From Flectonema sp. DT1601 (lineage: Eukaryota), in the NCBI GenBank assembly GCA_964019425.1, contig OZ025794.1, positions 1,178,001 through 1,242,000 of the forward strand: a stretch of 64,000 nt of DNA. The letters are read 5' to 3'. The notes under the pieces are model-generated. The model saw only the letters and a program-made list of their open reading frames with translations. It ran no database searches and was not told the origin of the DNA. The position numbers and the translations under genes are program-made. Positions within the stretch are counted from its first letter, which is position 1. Each line of letters opens with the position of its first letter. Positions 46,701 to 55,968 of this stretch are shown here, in pieces.

Positions 46701-48390
46701 CTACGTTGAACTGTTGTGTCTTAATCAAAAAACTGCCAAACAGAATGTAAAAAGTATAATCCAGCCTCATAGAGTAGGAAACAATAGACGAAAAGAATCA
46801 TTAGTCGGATACTACGGAAGACTATCGACTTTAATGTTATCTTCGAGAGGTTTACTTATGAAAATGATAACCGGAATTAGAAAAGGTATTCCACCAAATC
46901 TTAGAGACGCTGATAAAAGAACAGCTTTGCATCACGTATTTTCATTATCTGGTTTACTTTGTGGAAGTGATATAAAAAATATGACTGCTTTCTTGTTGAA
47001 TCTTGGAGCTTCTTTATTCGTCTCCGATTCCCAAGGTAAAACACCCATAGACCTAATACCCCAAGATACACATACACCACCAGACACAAGTGCTTTGCAA
47101 GCAGTAATTCAGTACCACAGTAGTAAGAATATTTTAGATAATTTAACAGTAGTCGCTGCTGGTGGAGCTCTGTTTAAGTATCCTTCAGTAATTGTTATTG
47201 AACAATCAAGTATAGTGAATGCTGGTTGTTATGCTGTTTGTGAACGTGATGGTGCGACTCTTATAGTATTGTTGCCTTTAAACAAAAAACCAGAACCGGG
47301 ATGGTCAGCTCCGACTCTGTACCACACAACTGAGGAGACAGGTTCTTCGTTGAGAGTTATAACGGCAACGCATCATAATTATAAAAATACGACAACAGAT
47401 ATCCTTCTTACGTCAACTGGGGATATGATTAAAGTAACGTACTCTACTACAGGTTCATATCTATCTCATCAAACATTCGAGTGTGGTCTTACGTTTTTTG
47501 TTGATAAAACACAACCTTTAGGACATGCTTCTTCGGGATACGTTTCCGATTCTGTAATCTCATTTACGCTCACTGAAGGAAATGAAATAAAATTATTTTC
47601 TGTTGAGATCGATGATGAATTAGACTTTCAGAAAATAGCATCTGAATTCAAGACGCAGGTGGGATCTGAAAGAATTGTAAAACAGTTGGTTGGTAATAAA
47701 CCAGTAGCGGTTTCTCAAGTTAAATATAAAGATCGATTGGCGACGTTTGTTCTTCTCTGCAATGGAGATATTGTACTGATAGTTGATGAAGAAGTGTGTT
47801 TGTTAATAGGAGGTTATGAGTTCTCTTCGGGGATATCTTTTAGTAGCTGTTTCAGTGAAGGGCAATTTCATTTTGCGATTTATAGCGAAGAGTTGGTCGT
47901 CAGTTGTGTTTCTCTCGATTCGATTAATTTTTGTACTCCTTCTGTTGAAAATATTTTAAAATCAAAGATTACAATCCTTTCTGTAGTATCTGACAACTCA
48001 ACCAGTCTAATTAGTGGTTGTTTCCATCCATCAGATGATTTATTTATATTTATAAAAGATAATGATCCTTGTGTTTATAATCTTGTTGACAGTTCCTTTA
48101 CTTTGATTGGTCCGTTGGATCGTTCTGACTCTGCGATCTCAAAGAATGAAGTTGAGAAGTCATCATCATCGTTAACGTTGATATCATTCTCTCAAGATGG
48201 TCAGGGTTTACTTTGTAATAATATTTTCAATGAAACTCTTTCGGTCTACAACTGGACAGATGTAACGACACGACTGGAAGAGTTATCGTTGCAACCCAAG
48301 ATTGGAAGCAACGCCGTGTTTCTTCCTCCTCAAATTGGAGAGATATCTGTTCGCGACGTTTACGAGATCGTAAAAAACGACGCAGACTAG
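40795..48390 (+). CDS. 2531-aa protein with four diverged modules, each a short ankyrin-repeat unit followed by a probable beta-propeller
   Basis: Ankyrin-like motifs DADGQTALHLA (~41370), DADGRTAIHLG (~43357), DSDGKSTCHIA (~45088), DADKRTALHHV (~46906). Each module ends in an (L/I)SFSxDGxxL...N...(S/A)xYxW-like segment. Confidence 0.8.
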   Translation: MEESCTRQHLVVTLTANPPTVRVVGPVAAETVWRMKAALQSELTSGKGWSELREKPLPHWIIRFDSEHVDPVIKTSFLLLQIIETLETRVCGKWMILDSHGTADQALIPGANAACVRHPFSDDPEKASFTTTLFFERIVETKIVNNYCKHEASTPSEIATLSSKGKGVTEEHKELKLMLQGIEAGYITVNMPDADGQTALHLACSIAQRIVAEDAKENITFLLEMGANPMLLNRDKVRPVDYALRQSVPHSENNCLLAINKYLLIVHKKLMERKPPDPIAELNHSDISDCCFSRVVSSMVYYSSDVSASLCCRDLVGCVSAVVFTPLPPGSSFIVIPYSDSLHTGRVLDYILLSNGYLLKVDHRTSEPITTQYQTDFRCKRRLSTMIWVDDSIAVKQKLNANDTQTSRRKLRPTYLDAMKKELDSLEEEDREAEKTKIGSRSRSSIIDSDTDISLAFAKNLLLYPHNQIESSQEENTKPVPDTSDLATQTSSSPGCWVGILAAIVTQSELDLPSGEVAPDRMVCLYIPPLCGTTTDSGKALSDAIQKGWSELPFIKKRESDQPLRSLEFQLTQSQVITCIGSSSSPGQGIIAIGSESGGYGVYNSVTMDFSYVEVDPSEMKESRGNLEADTEPLNISSIEVQCSNSITTVILFSKGISIFEAKLPQGNKGSSPLVEKYRFSRGLETCSGIFHPNNKNLIIYFKDGIVYCYCTKLQQVCCVAPLLLTTYEVDRKKEDDDASDVATLRYSSGTQHLSFSSDGEYLMRRNEMYHCVSIYSWSPFFKNCITRMHQAMSVDNTPVDIYCPLLQHCIPKTLLKAFLSQQHSSQKSVIELTEQLVSFYNATESWGLPTSFCDADGRTAIHLGMILASATDLRISQYASEVVTKLLQKQCNLFTCDYSQLRPYDALNSSCGGTLQLSDSTSTNLALKAVIQYKQNVIHELSENPVLLNVVSELSDRCSQASFSGFCDSLVYFTSLENDLYVVNIEKRFSARIGSYPETIRMAVFPYSIAMHGPHRCKDFIILSNGLILVIDYINGITETPIVSQKQTLLRADVLVGANHGCCLAVSCIRTKNYTKPQKGHNATSYMDYSMGAVAAICYNESTDAREIRVLQISSILYSDNKTGLDFICGAIDMGWVSKNALSTVISLPSEVIPSQMSATNTEKHTAGYVMTVLECPYDGITVGYVQGPNRTILIQSSRFSDEGCSVGCSIKITETDDDKDVLTAVRCSRSIEIFQIFIKEIDNSSASRIEELSPIIDIPGCDHMSEPVSATFCNKKINTHDHLLYIREGTLFIIDIQTKSITEITRTVLSTAEQRRKLSDGDDPSEVGVSGYQLLNMSGGDEYLFRLNTFYETVVLYEWDSIKKRLESGFINNAVPLQMTPEDRPPRRIELRGSLRRMSTINKSLREKRHELLTLIDAITAGMVNVNFVDSDGKSTCHIACDIAHLLPAAESVNIIYFLITKGANLYLCDNTDAHSRPIDILFSSGSQRENLSKAISRYQQQTLHTELPVPDEPKYVGEDYVLQVSVSEVSPCTFFVMSLQDSNQRTLNENRYADRLTKITSYNVETNTVGVVRDSMRGTSFKVIPHSKAIHGTTGGIDFIITQDMIISVLFTSKGTAIDEHFIPIVDLFPGLSPVSGDLDNLITFLWAPDTISDEQDPPEEYRDMFGSVAYPCDNNQFKIMRIPRIEHDDRHRAKYFIMLMKLSSPVEVTVGFKEGDFGDCLKIATSSWHRITNIGLYYIVAAAPPLGCQVTVISHRGTVLQQSFEKDMFSSEPATLMNLTNVANDNLRCPPHIRPLSTPFRMYAQSEYFVVVTCFSFKLYKIDLVFAAESKQSSNTISFINKTKIIMRETDTLDCMTAMFVPGGGDDYLYLLVDNELLGYSLRDDIMCALGTLGLHTVDRQRLSFDGDKTESKLIGELSLKSSFSGRFFSTFNSYTSTFAIYDVKSYYFALESTLSRPVVSQNAIYVELLCLNQKTAKQNVKSIIQPHRVGNNRRKESLVGYYGRLSTLMLSSRGLLMKMITGIRKGIPPNLRDADKRTALHHVFSLSGLLCGSDIKNMTAFLLNLGASLFVSDSQGKTPIDLIPQDTHTPPDTSALQAVIQYHSSKNILDNLTVVAAGGALFKYPSVIVIEQSSIVNAGCYAVCERDGATLIVLLPLNKKPEPGWSAPTLYHTTEETGSSLRVITATHHNYKNTTTDILLTSTGDMIKVTYSTTGSYLSHQTFECGLTFFVDKTQPLGHASSGYVSDSVISFTLTEGNEIKLFSVEIDDELDFQKIASEFKTQVGSERIVKQLVGNKPVAVSQVKYKDRLATFVLLCNGDIVLIVDEEVCLLIGGYEFSSGISFSSCFSEGQFHFAIYSEELVVSCVSLDSINFCTPSVENILKSKITILSVVSDNSTSLISGCFHPSDDLFIFIKDNDPCVYNLVDSSFTLIGPLDRSDSAISKNEVEKSSSSLTLISFSQDGQGLLCNNIFNETLSVYNWTDVTTRLEELSLQPKIGSNAVFLPPQIGEISVRDVYEIVKNDAD

Positions 48391-48635
48391 GTCCTCCGGG
48401 TTTGTTTATGTCACTTTTCTACAGTGTAGTTGGGTGAGTGTTAATATTCACGTCTTTTTTACCCCTACCTTTTTAAAAAAAAAAAAAAAAAAACTTAATT
48501 TACACGTGCGTCCTGTATATAAGGGATAATAAAAGAATCTGTTTTTTCTTCTCTTTTCTATTATTGTTATTTAACAATTTCTTTCAAACAGGAGGAAAAA
48601 AAAAAAAAAAAGAGAGAGAGAGAGAGGGGGGAAAA

Positions 48636-50885
48636 ATGTTTCACAAGTATTCAATAATTGACAGAGAAAGGGGACTTGCTACTAATAATGGAAATAATTA
48701 CATTCTTGAGAGGGACGGAGATAGAGCTTTTCTGAACTATGAAAACGCCATTAAAATATCAAGTAAGCCGACAACCAAAGTAACGAAGGCAATTGAAGAA
48801 CACTATTTTATTAATAATGAAAAAAGTTTTGTTTATGAAGGTGGCATAGACACTCTTAATAGCCGAACTATGCAAGATAAACTAAAATTAAACAGAACAT
48901 ATTGCTTGAAGATTATAACTGATTTAATCAAGGGACTTCAAGAACTGCAATCGAATGGTCTTTATTGTAGAATGACTTTACAGAATGTTGTGATTGAGTA
49001 CTCAGAAGGTAATACGATCGGTGTTAAAGTTGGTATTCATAATAATATTTTTAACGATGATGACGAGGTTGATTGTTTTATTGAAACAAAGAGAACGTTG
49101 GAATTTATTGCCAGACTTTGTCCGATACTTCAAAGGTCAACTGAAGAAGTTTCCGCATTCAGTTCAGTTGTTTCGACGTTAACACAGTTTATGAATACTT
49201 CATTTTATTCTAAAGAATGTCTTCATGGATTGGAGTCGTATGAATCTGTTATTCAATCAAAAAAAATCAACATCAGGGGAAGTAGTGTCCAGTGTAATAA
49301 TTTACTCTCAGCGAAAAACGTTTCCGTCATGAGTGAATCTGCGCTGGCAGTTGCTGGAGTGAGAGGGTTTACTTACTACTCACTCGATGGTTTGGGAGGG
49401 ACATCAACGTCATCAACTTCTGTGAGACTTGAAGGTACTGTAACACATCTAACATTGATCTCAACTACTTCAATTGCTTACATCTTCGAATCGTTGAGTT
49501 CTCCTTCTGAAAGGTATTTAGGAATTACTCGATCACTAAAATCATATCAAGAGATACCAACTCCTGTTCGTATTCACAGTTCAGAATCTGACCAAGAACA
49601 GTTAATAAGCAAAGGTCGTTGGTTAATTATCACTGGTGGGGATAAGTCATTTATTTATGATGTGTTCCATGATAAGGCAATACTTAGAAATACCTTAGAC
49701 ACGAAACTTATATCTGCTATGGCATCTGTTGGCGAAGATGAAACTCTGGTGACAATATCCTTTTGGGATAATGATACTGTTCACTGGTCATCTTTTCCTG
49801 GAAGTGCGAAATTATATCCGGAAGCAGCCCTTAAACTGAAGTACGAAGGAGCTGTTGATTGGAAATTAAATATAATGCTTTTACTGAATGACAGGAATAA
49901 AATAGAAGACGTAAATCCTCTACACCGAGAAAAACGATATAAATTAAAAATACAAAACGACTCTCCGACACCCAATGATGATCATAATTATCAATTATTA
50001 TGTCTTAGTGGTGATGGGTCGATTCTTGCTATTGCTGATAGTGGTCTTCGAATATTTCTAAATCCCAGAATATATAAAAATGAAACTCCTATTAAGTTAT
50101 CATGCTACAATGTTACAAGTTTATCATTTTTAACTGAGGATACGAACTCTCATTTACTATCAGTAACTTGTGAGCATAGCAGCGGTAATTGGCTAATGAC
50201 TCAAAGAAAGGTAATCGTCTACAGACTTCAACAGCCTGCTTTACCAGTGATTGTTTTTGAATGTGGGATTTGGAAAACAGAGGTGGCATCGATCTCACTT
50301 CAAAGTACATCTGAAAAGTTGATATTAAACATACTTGATTGCATGATTAAAGATGATGAACAATATGGAAGGTTAAAGTACATCACTGCGGTGAAACGAA
50401 AACGGAATTCATCCTACAAATTGTATAATCAAATGCCAGTAGCTCTTCAACAGATAAAAGAATCAACGTGGAGTAGGTCACTCAACGGAAGCGATCCTGA
50501 TATGTCAGTCGTACCCATCCATGGAATTACAGTAACTGTTGAAAGTGAGCAAATAAAAGATCTTTCTTGTTTGGTAATCCCAAAAGATAATTCTCTTTTC
50601 ATTCAGCCATACGATTTGACTGCTTGTTGGTATAATTTCCCACTGTTGATAACTCAATGTTTTCTTGTAGAGAACAGCTTGTCGATGATCGTCACTGCTT
50701 CTGTTAACAATCGAAAGCATTCAATTTTATTGACATTTCCATCGATTGAAACTCGAAAACAATTCTGCCGACCTTACGAAAGGCGATACGATCAGCTTCA
50801 TTCTGGAGTCACGAAGTCAAAGGCTCCAAAACCAATGCTGCCAAAACCAGAGGAATTGCCAAAGCAATCGTCAGCATGGTTTTAA
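48636..50885 (+). CDS. Hypothetical protein (749 aa): possible degenerate kinase-like N-terminus and WD40-like beta-rich region
   Basis: Long ORF with first ATG in an AAAAATG context at 48636. LKIITDLIKGLQELQSNGLYCRMTLQNVVI resembles the kinase alphaE/catalytic loop without HRD. LCLSGDGSILAIAD and VTSLSFL are WD-like. The product call is weak. Confidence 0.65.
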   Translation: MFHKYSIIDRERGLATNNGNNYILERDGDRAFLNYENAIKISSKPTTKVTKAIEEHYFINNEKSFVYEGGIDTLNSRTMQDKLKLNRTYCLKIITDLIKGLQELQSNGLYCRMTLQNVVIEYSEGNTIGVKVGIHNNIFNDDDEVDCFIETKRTLEFIARLCPILQRSTEEVSAFSSVVSTLTQFMNTSFYSKECLHGLESYESVIQSKKINIRGSSVQCNNLLSAKNVSVMSESALAVAGVRGFTYYSLDGLGGTSTSSTSVRLEGTVTHLTLISTTSIAYIFESLSSPSERYLGITRSLKSYQEIPTPVRIHSSESDQEQLISKGRWLIITGGDKSFIYDVFHDKAILRNTLDTKLISAMASVGEDETLVTISFWDNDTVHWSSFPGSAKLYPEAALKLKYEGAVDWKLNIMLLLNDRNKIEDVNPLHREKRYKLKIQNDSPTPNDDHNYQLLCLSGDGSILAIADSGLRIFLNPRIYKNETPIKLSCYNVTSLSFLTEDTNSHLLSVTCEHSSGNWLMTQRKVIVYRLQQPALPVIVFECGIWKTEVASISLQSTSEKLILNILDCMIKDDEQYGRLKYITAVKRKRNSSYKLYNQMPVALQQIKESTWSRSLNGSDPDMSVVPIHGITVTVESEQIKDLSCLVIPKDNSLFIQPYDLTACWYNFPLLITQCFLVENSLSMIVTASVNNRKHSILLTFPSIETRKQFCRPYERRYDQLHSGVTKSKAPKPMLPKPEELPKQSSAWF

Positions 50886-51556
50886 TTTGTTATTAGCGGA
50901 TGAATACTCTTTTTAATACACTGTGAGTTTGGAAAGTATTTTTTTTTTTTTTTTTTGTTTTGTTTCACAACAACAGTTTGTGTAACGGCACTGCTTTGCT
51001 CAATGTTCTTTGTCCTTCTCTCTCTTTTATACCTTCTAAATTTATACCGAACAAGTCTTGTTTTTCTCTTCGGGCATGTGTTCCTCATAAGCCTGGTTTC
51101 AATCTATCGCAGTATTTGGGACGCAAGGCTCCCTGAACAGTCAAGTCGGTCCTAAGGCAAGGTGTAATTACTCACCTCAAAGCCGTCGTGGAAGCGCTTG
51201 TGTTGTGTGCGGGTTTGCCGAAAGAGAAAGCGTGAACATTCCGCAACCTGAATGCGGAGAACTGAGGTGGTAACATGGAGCTGCATTCTTGTTGTCTTGC
51301 AAGACTTACGAAAGTAATTTAGTTTTCTGCGAAATGTCGGCACTGACTTAGTTAATGAGAGATGTGTTTTGTGCTTTTTGTTTCTTTTCCCTCTTTTTCT
51401 GATCCAAACAATTTTTGCTACACTTCAGTAATTCAATCAGATTGTAATCACTGTGTAGCTTACTCGTTTATTTTGTTAACACAAGAAGCTGTTGATGTGT
51501 TCTGATTAGATTATTAATATCTTTCTCTCTAAACAGGAAGAGGGTTGTCAATAGTT

Positions 51557-52185
51557 ATGGATATCCTGGTAAGTTATCCAATTGCGAATACAGAAAGTAT
51601 CTGTCAGTGAGCGTTGAGGACACAGTGCAGATTGTTAGGATGAGTATCGCTGATGAATTTGATATTCGTGTTGACGGGTTTGACATTCGAAATGGAGAAC
51701 AGCTACTCACAGACTACGACAGGAATTTTATTGAAATCACTGGAGCAACGAGTGGGTATAATGTGGTCGTGGAAAATAATTTTAAAATGAAATTGAACAA
51801 ATTAAAAATGGAGCATTTCTCGATGACCTCCCCAAATGGACAACTAGCGTAAGCCAAATCGTATTAGCAGCCTTACAAGAATCCCCAAAAGAAAGTACAG
51901 GTGTGATGACATTGGCAGATCCACAGCTTTACTCTGATATCTTATTTATGGCAGAGGTCGTGAAGTTTCAACCATTTCTTATAAAGTATGGCTCATCAGA
52001 TATTAAAAACAATAAAGAAATTGTACTCTCGGCAGTACGGAGGTACGGCTATGCTCTTAGAAATGTGTCTGAGACTACAAGACGACGAAGAGGTTGTCAC
52101 TGCTGCTATATCGGTATCTTTATATTGTCTGCAATATGCATCTCAGAGATTACAGTCAGCACTTAAGGTTACATCTGGCAACTGA
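51557..52185 (+). pseudogene. Frameshifted gene: ubiquitin-like N-terminus + DUF4116-like repeats
   Basis: Coding-like peptide is spread over four frame segments (shifts near 51595, 51805, 52072): SVSVEDTVQIVRMSIADEF; KNNKEIVLSAVRRYGYALRNVSE / RLQDDEEVVTAAI..LQYASQRL. Confidence 0.6.
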
Positions 52186-52341
52186 GAGAGAAAAAAAAAA
52201 AAAAAAAAAAAAAAAAACGTACGAACGCATTCTTGAACTTACACACCCTAACCTGATGCCTGTTGACCCTTTTGTGATTATTATCTTTCTTTGATAACAA
52301 TCAAATCAAATTATTATTTTTCAACAAGCCTCATTAACAAC

Positions 52342-53538
52342 ATGATTCCATCACAATCAAGACCTCTGAGTCCAAACAGTCCTGGTGTTGGTAAAGAAAT
52401 AAGAGATCGACTACGATTATTACAACGTACAATAGACGAAAGTATCGGTCCTACTTATCACAGCTCATACCATGAAGGTGATAGAAATAAGTTATTGAGA
52501 ATGTTTCGCAGTCTGGAACTGGCAGAAATGCAGCGAGAAGGCAAAATAAACTCGCACAGAGCAGCAGTAAAAAAGAAGGCGGGTGACTTGCAGGAAGAAA
52601 AATTAGAAAAATGGGCTGAAACGTTCGACAAGAAACATAGCGAACACGCAACACAATTTAATAGATTTCGTAAGGAGCGTGCGGAAGATCGAAAACTGTC
52701 GGCTAAAAAGTGGTTAGATAAACAGGCGAATTCTAAATTAAAACTTCACAACGACCACCTAAAACATTTGTGCAAAGTTCAAGTTTCACGTAAAACCCGT
52801 GATGCAAAATTCAAAAGAATTGCGGCAATGAAAGACGAAGAACTACAAAGTCGAGAACAACAAAGAGAAGAAAAGAGAAAAAGTACAGAAGCCAGACTCC
52901 GCCGCCTTGACGTCGAACACCAAGAGAAAGAACAAACAAAAGATCTCGAAAGAGAAGTTCGTAAAGTTGAATGGGACAAGCGACTAGCAAACGTAGAAAG
53001 AGACAGACTATTTAAAATACGAAAAGCTGAAGCAGGCAGAACGACTGCTAAGGAACGTCGCGGTGAAGCTACTGCTTTCGTAACGGCATCTGCTGGGTAT
53101 CGAGACCGAGAGAAGGTTCGTGAAGCTCGCCTCCACGAGTTGGAAATCCGCAAAAAAGAAGAACAAAAACGTCGTCAAGAAGACAACAGAATCAGAAGAG
53201 AACGAACAGAAGCAAATATGTTAAAAAACGTCAAAGGACTTGAAGAGTGCTACGTCGAAATGGACGTCCGTTCCAAAGCCAAAGACGACCACATCCGAAC
53301 TATGAAACGTCTTCGAGATCAGTCGATAGAAGAAAAGCGTCAATATCAGGAGAATGTTGCTGCTCATCACAAAGAGGCAAATGAAAAATCCCTTCGAGAA
53401 AAAGTTCAGCTAATGGAAGAGCGATGGAGTCGCAGAACAGAAAGATGCTTCGCATACTTTACTGGAGAACGAACTTATCGAAGTACAGAATCTCCAGATG
53501 AGGCTCCTGTTAGCAGCGCTAATTCAGAGAAGAGATAA
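52342..53538 (+). CDS. Charged coiled-coil protein (398 aa), function unknown
   Basis: Uninterrupted E/K/R-rich helical ORF; first ATG at 52342. Confidence 0.8.
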   Translation: MIPSQSRPLSPNSPGVGKEIRDRLRLLQRTIDESIGPTYHSSYHEGDRNKLLRMFRSLELAEMQREGKINSHRAAVKKKAGDLQEEKLEKWAETFDKKHSEHATQFNRFRKERAEDRKLSAKKWLDKQANSKLKLHNDHLKHLCKVQVSRKTRDAKFKRIAAMKDEELQSREQQREEKRKSTEARLRRLDVEHQEKEQTKDLEREVRKVEWDKRLANVERDRLFKIRKAEAGRTTAKERRGEATAFVTASAGYRDREKVREARLHELEIRKKEEQKRRQEDNRIRRERTEANMLKNVKGLEECYVEMDVRSKAKDDHIRTMKRLRDQSIEEKRQYQENVAAHHKEANEKSLREKVQLMEERWSRRTERCFAYFTGERTYRSTESPDEAPVSSANSEKR

Positions 53539-54280
53539 TATGAGTGCGTTGGGCTTTTCACGGGGAAAAAAAAACATTATCTTTGGTCACACTTCGCCGC
53601 GAAAGCCTTGGCTACCCATCCGAGGGTATGTCTGTTCTGTTTTGTGTGCTGTCTGTTTTATTTGTTTATTTCAAAAAATTATCTTTCCTTCCCCTTCCAT
53701 CACATTCTTGTTTCTGATGATAAAAACCATCAGACAATAAGATTACGCGCAGGTCCCTTCCATAAGTAAAGTAACTACTTCTTGTGTGTGTTGATAGATT
53801 CGTCGTTTACAGACAGATGGCATTTGTTTTGTTGTTATTTATAATTATCAGCGCACTGTAGTTGTATTTAATTAGTCTGTTTTCCTTTTCTCGGTCACTT
53901 TCAGTTGAAGCTACTCAACAATCCATATTGAGTCTTCGGAAACAGTTATGGATTGGTTCCTCTGTTGCTGTGAGTTACCTTCCTAGAGTACTCATAATAT
54001 ACATCGTTGGATTATATAACATAGATAGGATTCTTATTCTACTATTCTGTTTTAATTATGTTATAAAGATATAATACATTGACTCTTTAAATCTTTCCTC
54101 TGTTTGTTTTTGTTTCTTTCGGAACTGATGTTCAGTTGGGGAAGTTATTTTTATCCACTTGGCTTTGAGCTGAAGTGACAGTTTTTCTTTTTATTAGTTG
54201 TCTGCCCCGCTCACAAGCGAGTTCTTCTGAGCTCGTCGCCTGTGTTAGCTGGTGACAGTCTTTTGTTTTGTGTCATTCCC

Positions 54281-54312
<32 letters not shown>

Positions 54313-54544
54313 ATTTTTCATTCGTGTACACATTAGTCAGAGTAGTGTTCTAATGAAAGGAAATACGACTTCTAGTTGGATATTCAAAACAGTTTCAACA
54401 GGGTTAATGGACAACCAACAACATAAATATGTGAAATTACCTTGTTAGCTCTCACAGTGGTTGATTAGTTTTGTTTTGAATTTGATAATTATTTCTGAAC
54501 AGTTTACGTTTAGTCAACTAACCAACAAAACTAAAAAAAAGAAA

Positions 54545-55195
54545 ATGGGAAACTCTATGACTGGAGCATCAGAGATTAAGAGAACCAAACCATCAAGAGT
54601 AATGGACACTGACTCTGGAGTATTAAGTGATCCTGCACATATCAGAGGATGGATTCAAGGTAATGATGCTAACGCCATGTTAGTGAGATTACAAAGAGAA
54701 GTTCCATTTGAAAAGAATCCGAGATGGTCAGTCGGATATAAATTACCTCAAAGTGCTTACTACTATGATGAGAAGGCCAGAAAGAAGAATCCAATTCCTG
54801 TTCTCGAGGACTTAGCAATGGCTATGGAATCAAGTTTCAATTGTAATGTATTTACTATTTGGTGTAATCTATTTGAAGATGGTGGTTCTCATATTGAATG
54901 GCATCAAGACCAATATGGATATGATTGTTTTACTCTTTCTCTTGGAGCGACGAGAAGGTTTCTAATGAGACCGAAGGGAAAGAAGGAAATAATTGCCAGC
55001 TACGATCTCGCACACGGAGACGTTTATTTCTTCTCTCAAGATGCTGATAAGAGAAATGAGCATTCAGTTCCGAAAGATAGCTCATCGCTGTCAGCTGAAC
55101 GGTTGTCTATTTTATTCTTTGTTGACTTTCCTGGTAGCAAAGCTGAAGGATGGCACTACAACCCGAAGACTATCGATTACGGTAAAAGACGTTAA
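54545..55195 (+). CDS. AlkB-like 2OG-Fe(II) dioxygenase, copy 1 (216 aa)
   Basis: CNLFEDG..HIEWHQD, TLSLGATRRF, LAHGD, EHSVPK, RLSILF give the HxD...H triad and ALKBH2/3-type strands. N-terminus MGNS. Confidence 0.88.
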   Translation: MGNSMTGASEIKRTKPSRVMDTDSGVLSDPAHIRGWIQGNDANAMLVRLQREVPFEKNPRWSVGYKLPQSAYYYDEKARKKNPIPVLEDLAMAMESSFNCNVFTIWCNLFEDGGSHIEWHQDQYGYDCFTLSLGATRRFLMRPKGKKEIIASYDLAHGDVYFFSQDADKRNEHSVPKDSSSLSAERLSILFFVDFPGSKAEGWHYNPKTIDYGKRR

Positions 55196-55375
55196 TCAGA
55201 AGATGTGCTAATCATTACTGCCGACTTGTTTCTTATTTTTATTTCTCTTATTTCTTTAATTGGGGGGGGGACAATAAGCCTTTTTTTTGCCCCTCTATTT
55301 GCCAACTGTATCTGCCAACATTATTATTATTATTTTATTTTATTATTTTATTATCTTCTGAATTACTATAAGGCG

Positions 55376-55968
55376 GATGGCAGTACACTATGCCGTGATG
55401 GCAGTACAATATGCCGTGATGGCAGTACACTATGCCGTGATGGCAGTACACTATGCCGTGATGGCAGTACACTATGCCGTGATGGCAGTACACTATGCCG
55501 TGATGGCAGTACACTATGCCGTGATGGCAGTACACTATGCCGTGATGGCAGTACACTATGCCGTGATGGCAGTACACTATGCCGTGATGGCAGTACACTA
55601 TGCCGTGATGGCAGTACACTATGCCGTGATGGCAGTACACTATGCCGTGATGGCAGTACAATATGCCGTGATGGCAGTACAATATGCCGTGATGGCAGTA
55701 CACTATGCCGTGATGGCAGTACAATATGCCGTGATGGCAGTACACTATGCCGTGATGGCAGTACACTATGCCGTGATGGCAGTACACTATGCCGTGATGG
55801 CAGTACACTATGCCGTGATGGCAGTACACTATGCCGTGATGGCAGTACACTATGCCGTGATGGCAGTACACTATGCCGTGATGGCAGTACAATATGCCGT
55901 GATGGCAGTACAATATGCCGTGATGGCAGTACACTATGCCGTGATGGCAGTACAATATGCCGTGATGG
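55376..55968. repeat. Minisatellite, 28 x 21 bp (GATGGCAGTACA[C/A]TATGCCGT)
   Basis: Direct tandem units differing at a single C/A site; no spacers. Confidence 0.97.

Noticed and set aside
51174..51269. Possible structured RNA (CACCTCA/TGAGGTG enclosing a TTCCGCA/TGCGGAG hairpin)
   Set aside because: Short stems with no recognisable family motif; cannot be distinguished from chance by eye.
55376..55968. CRISPR-like array
   Set aside because: Units are contiguous with no unique spacers, there are no cas genes, and the context is eukaryotic.
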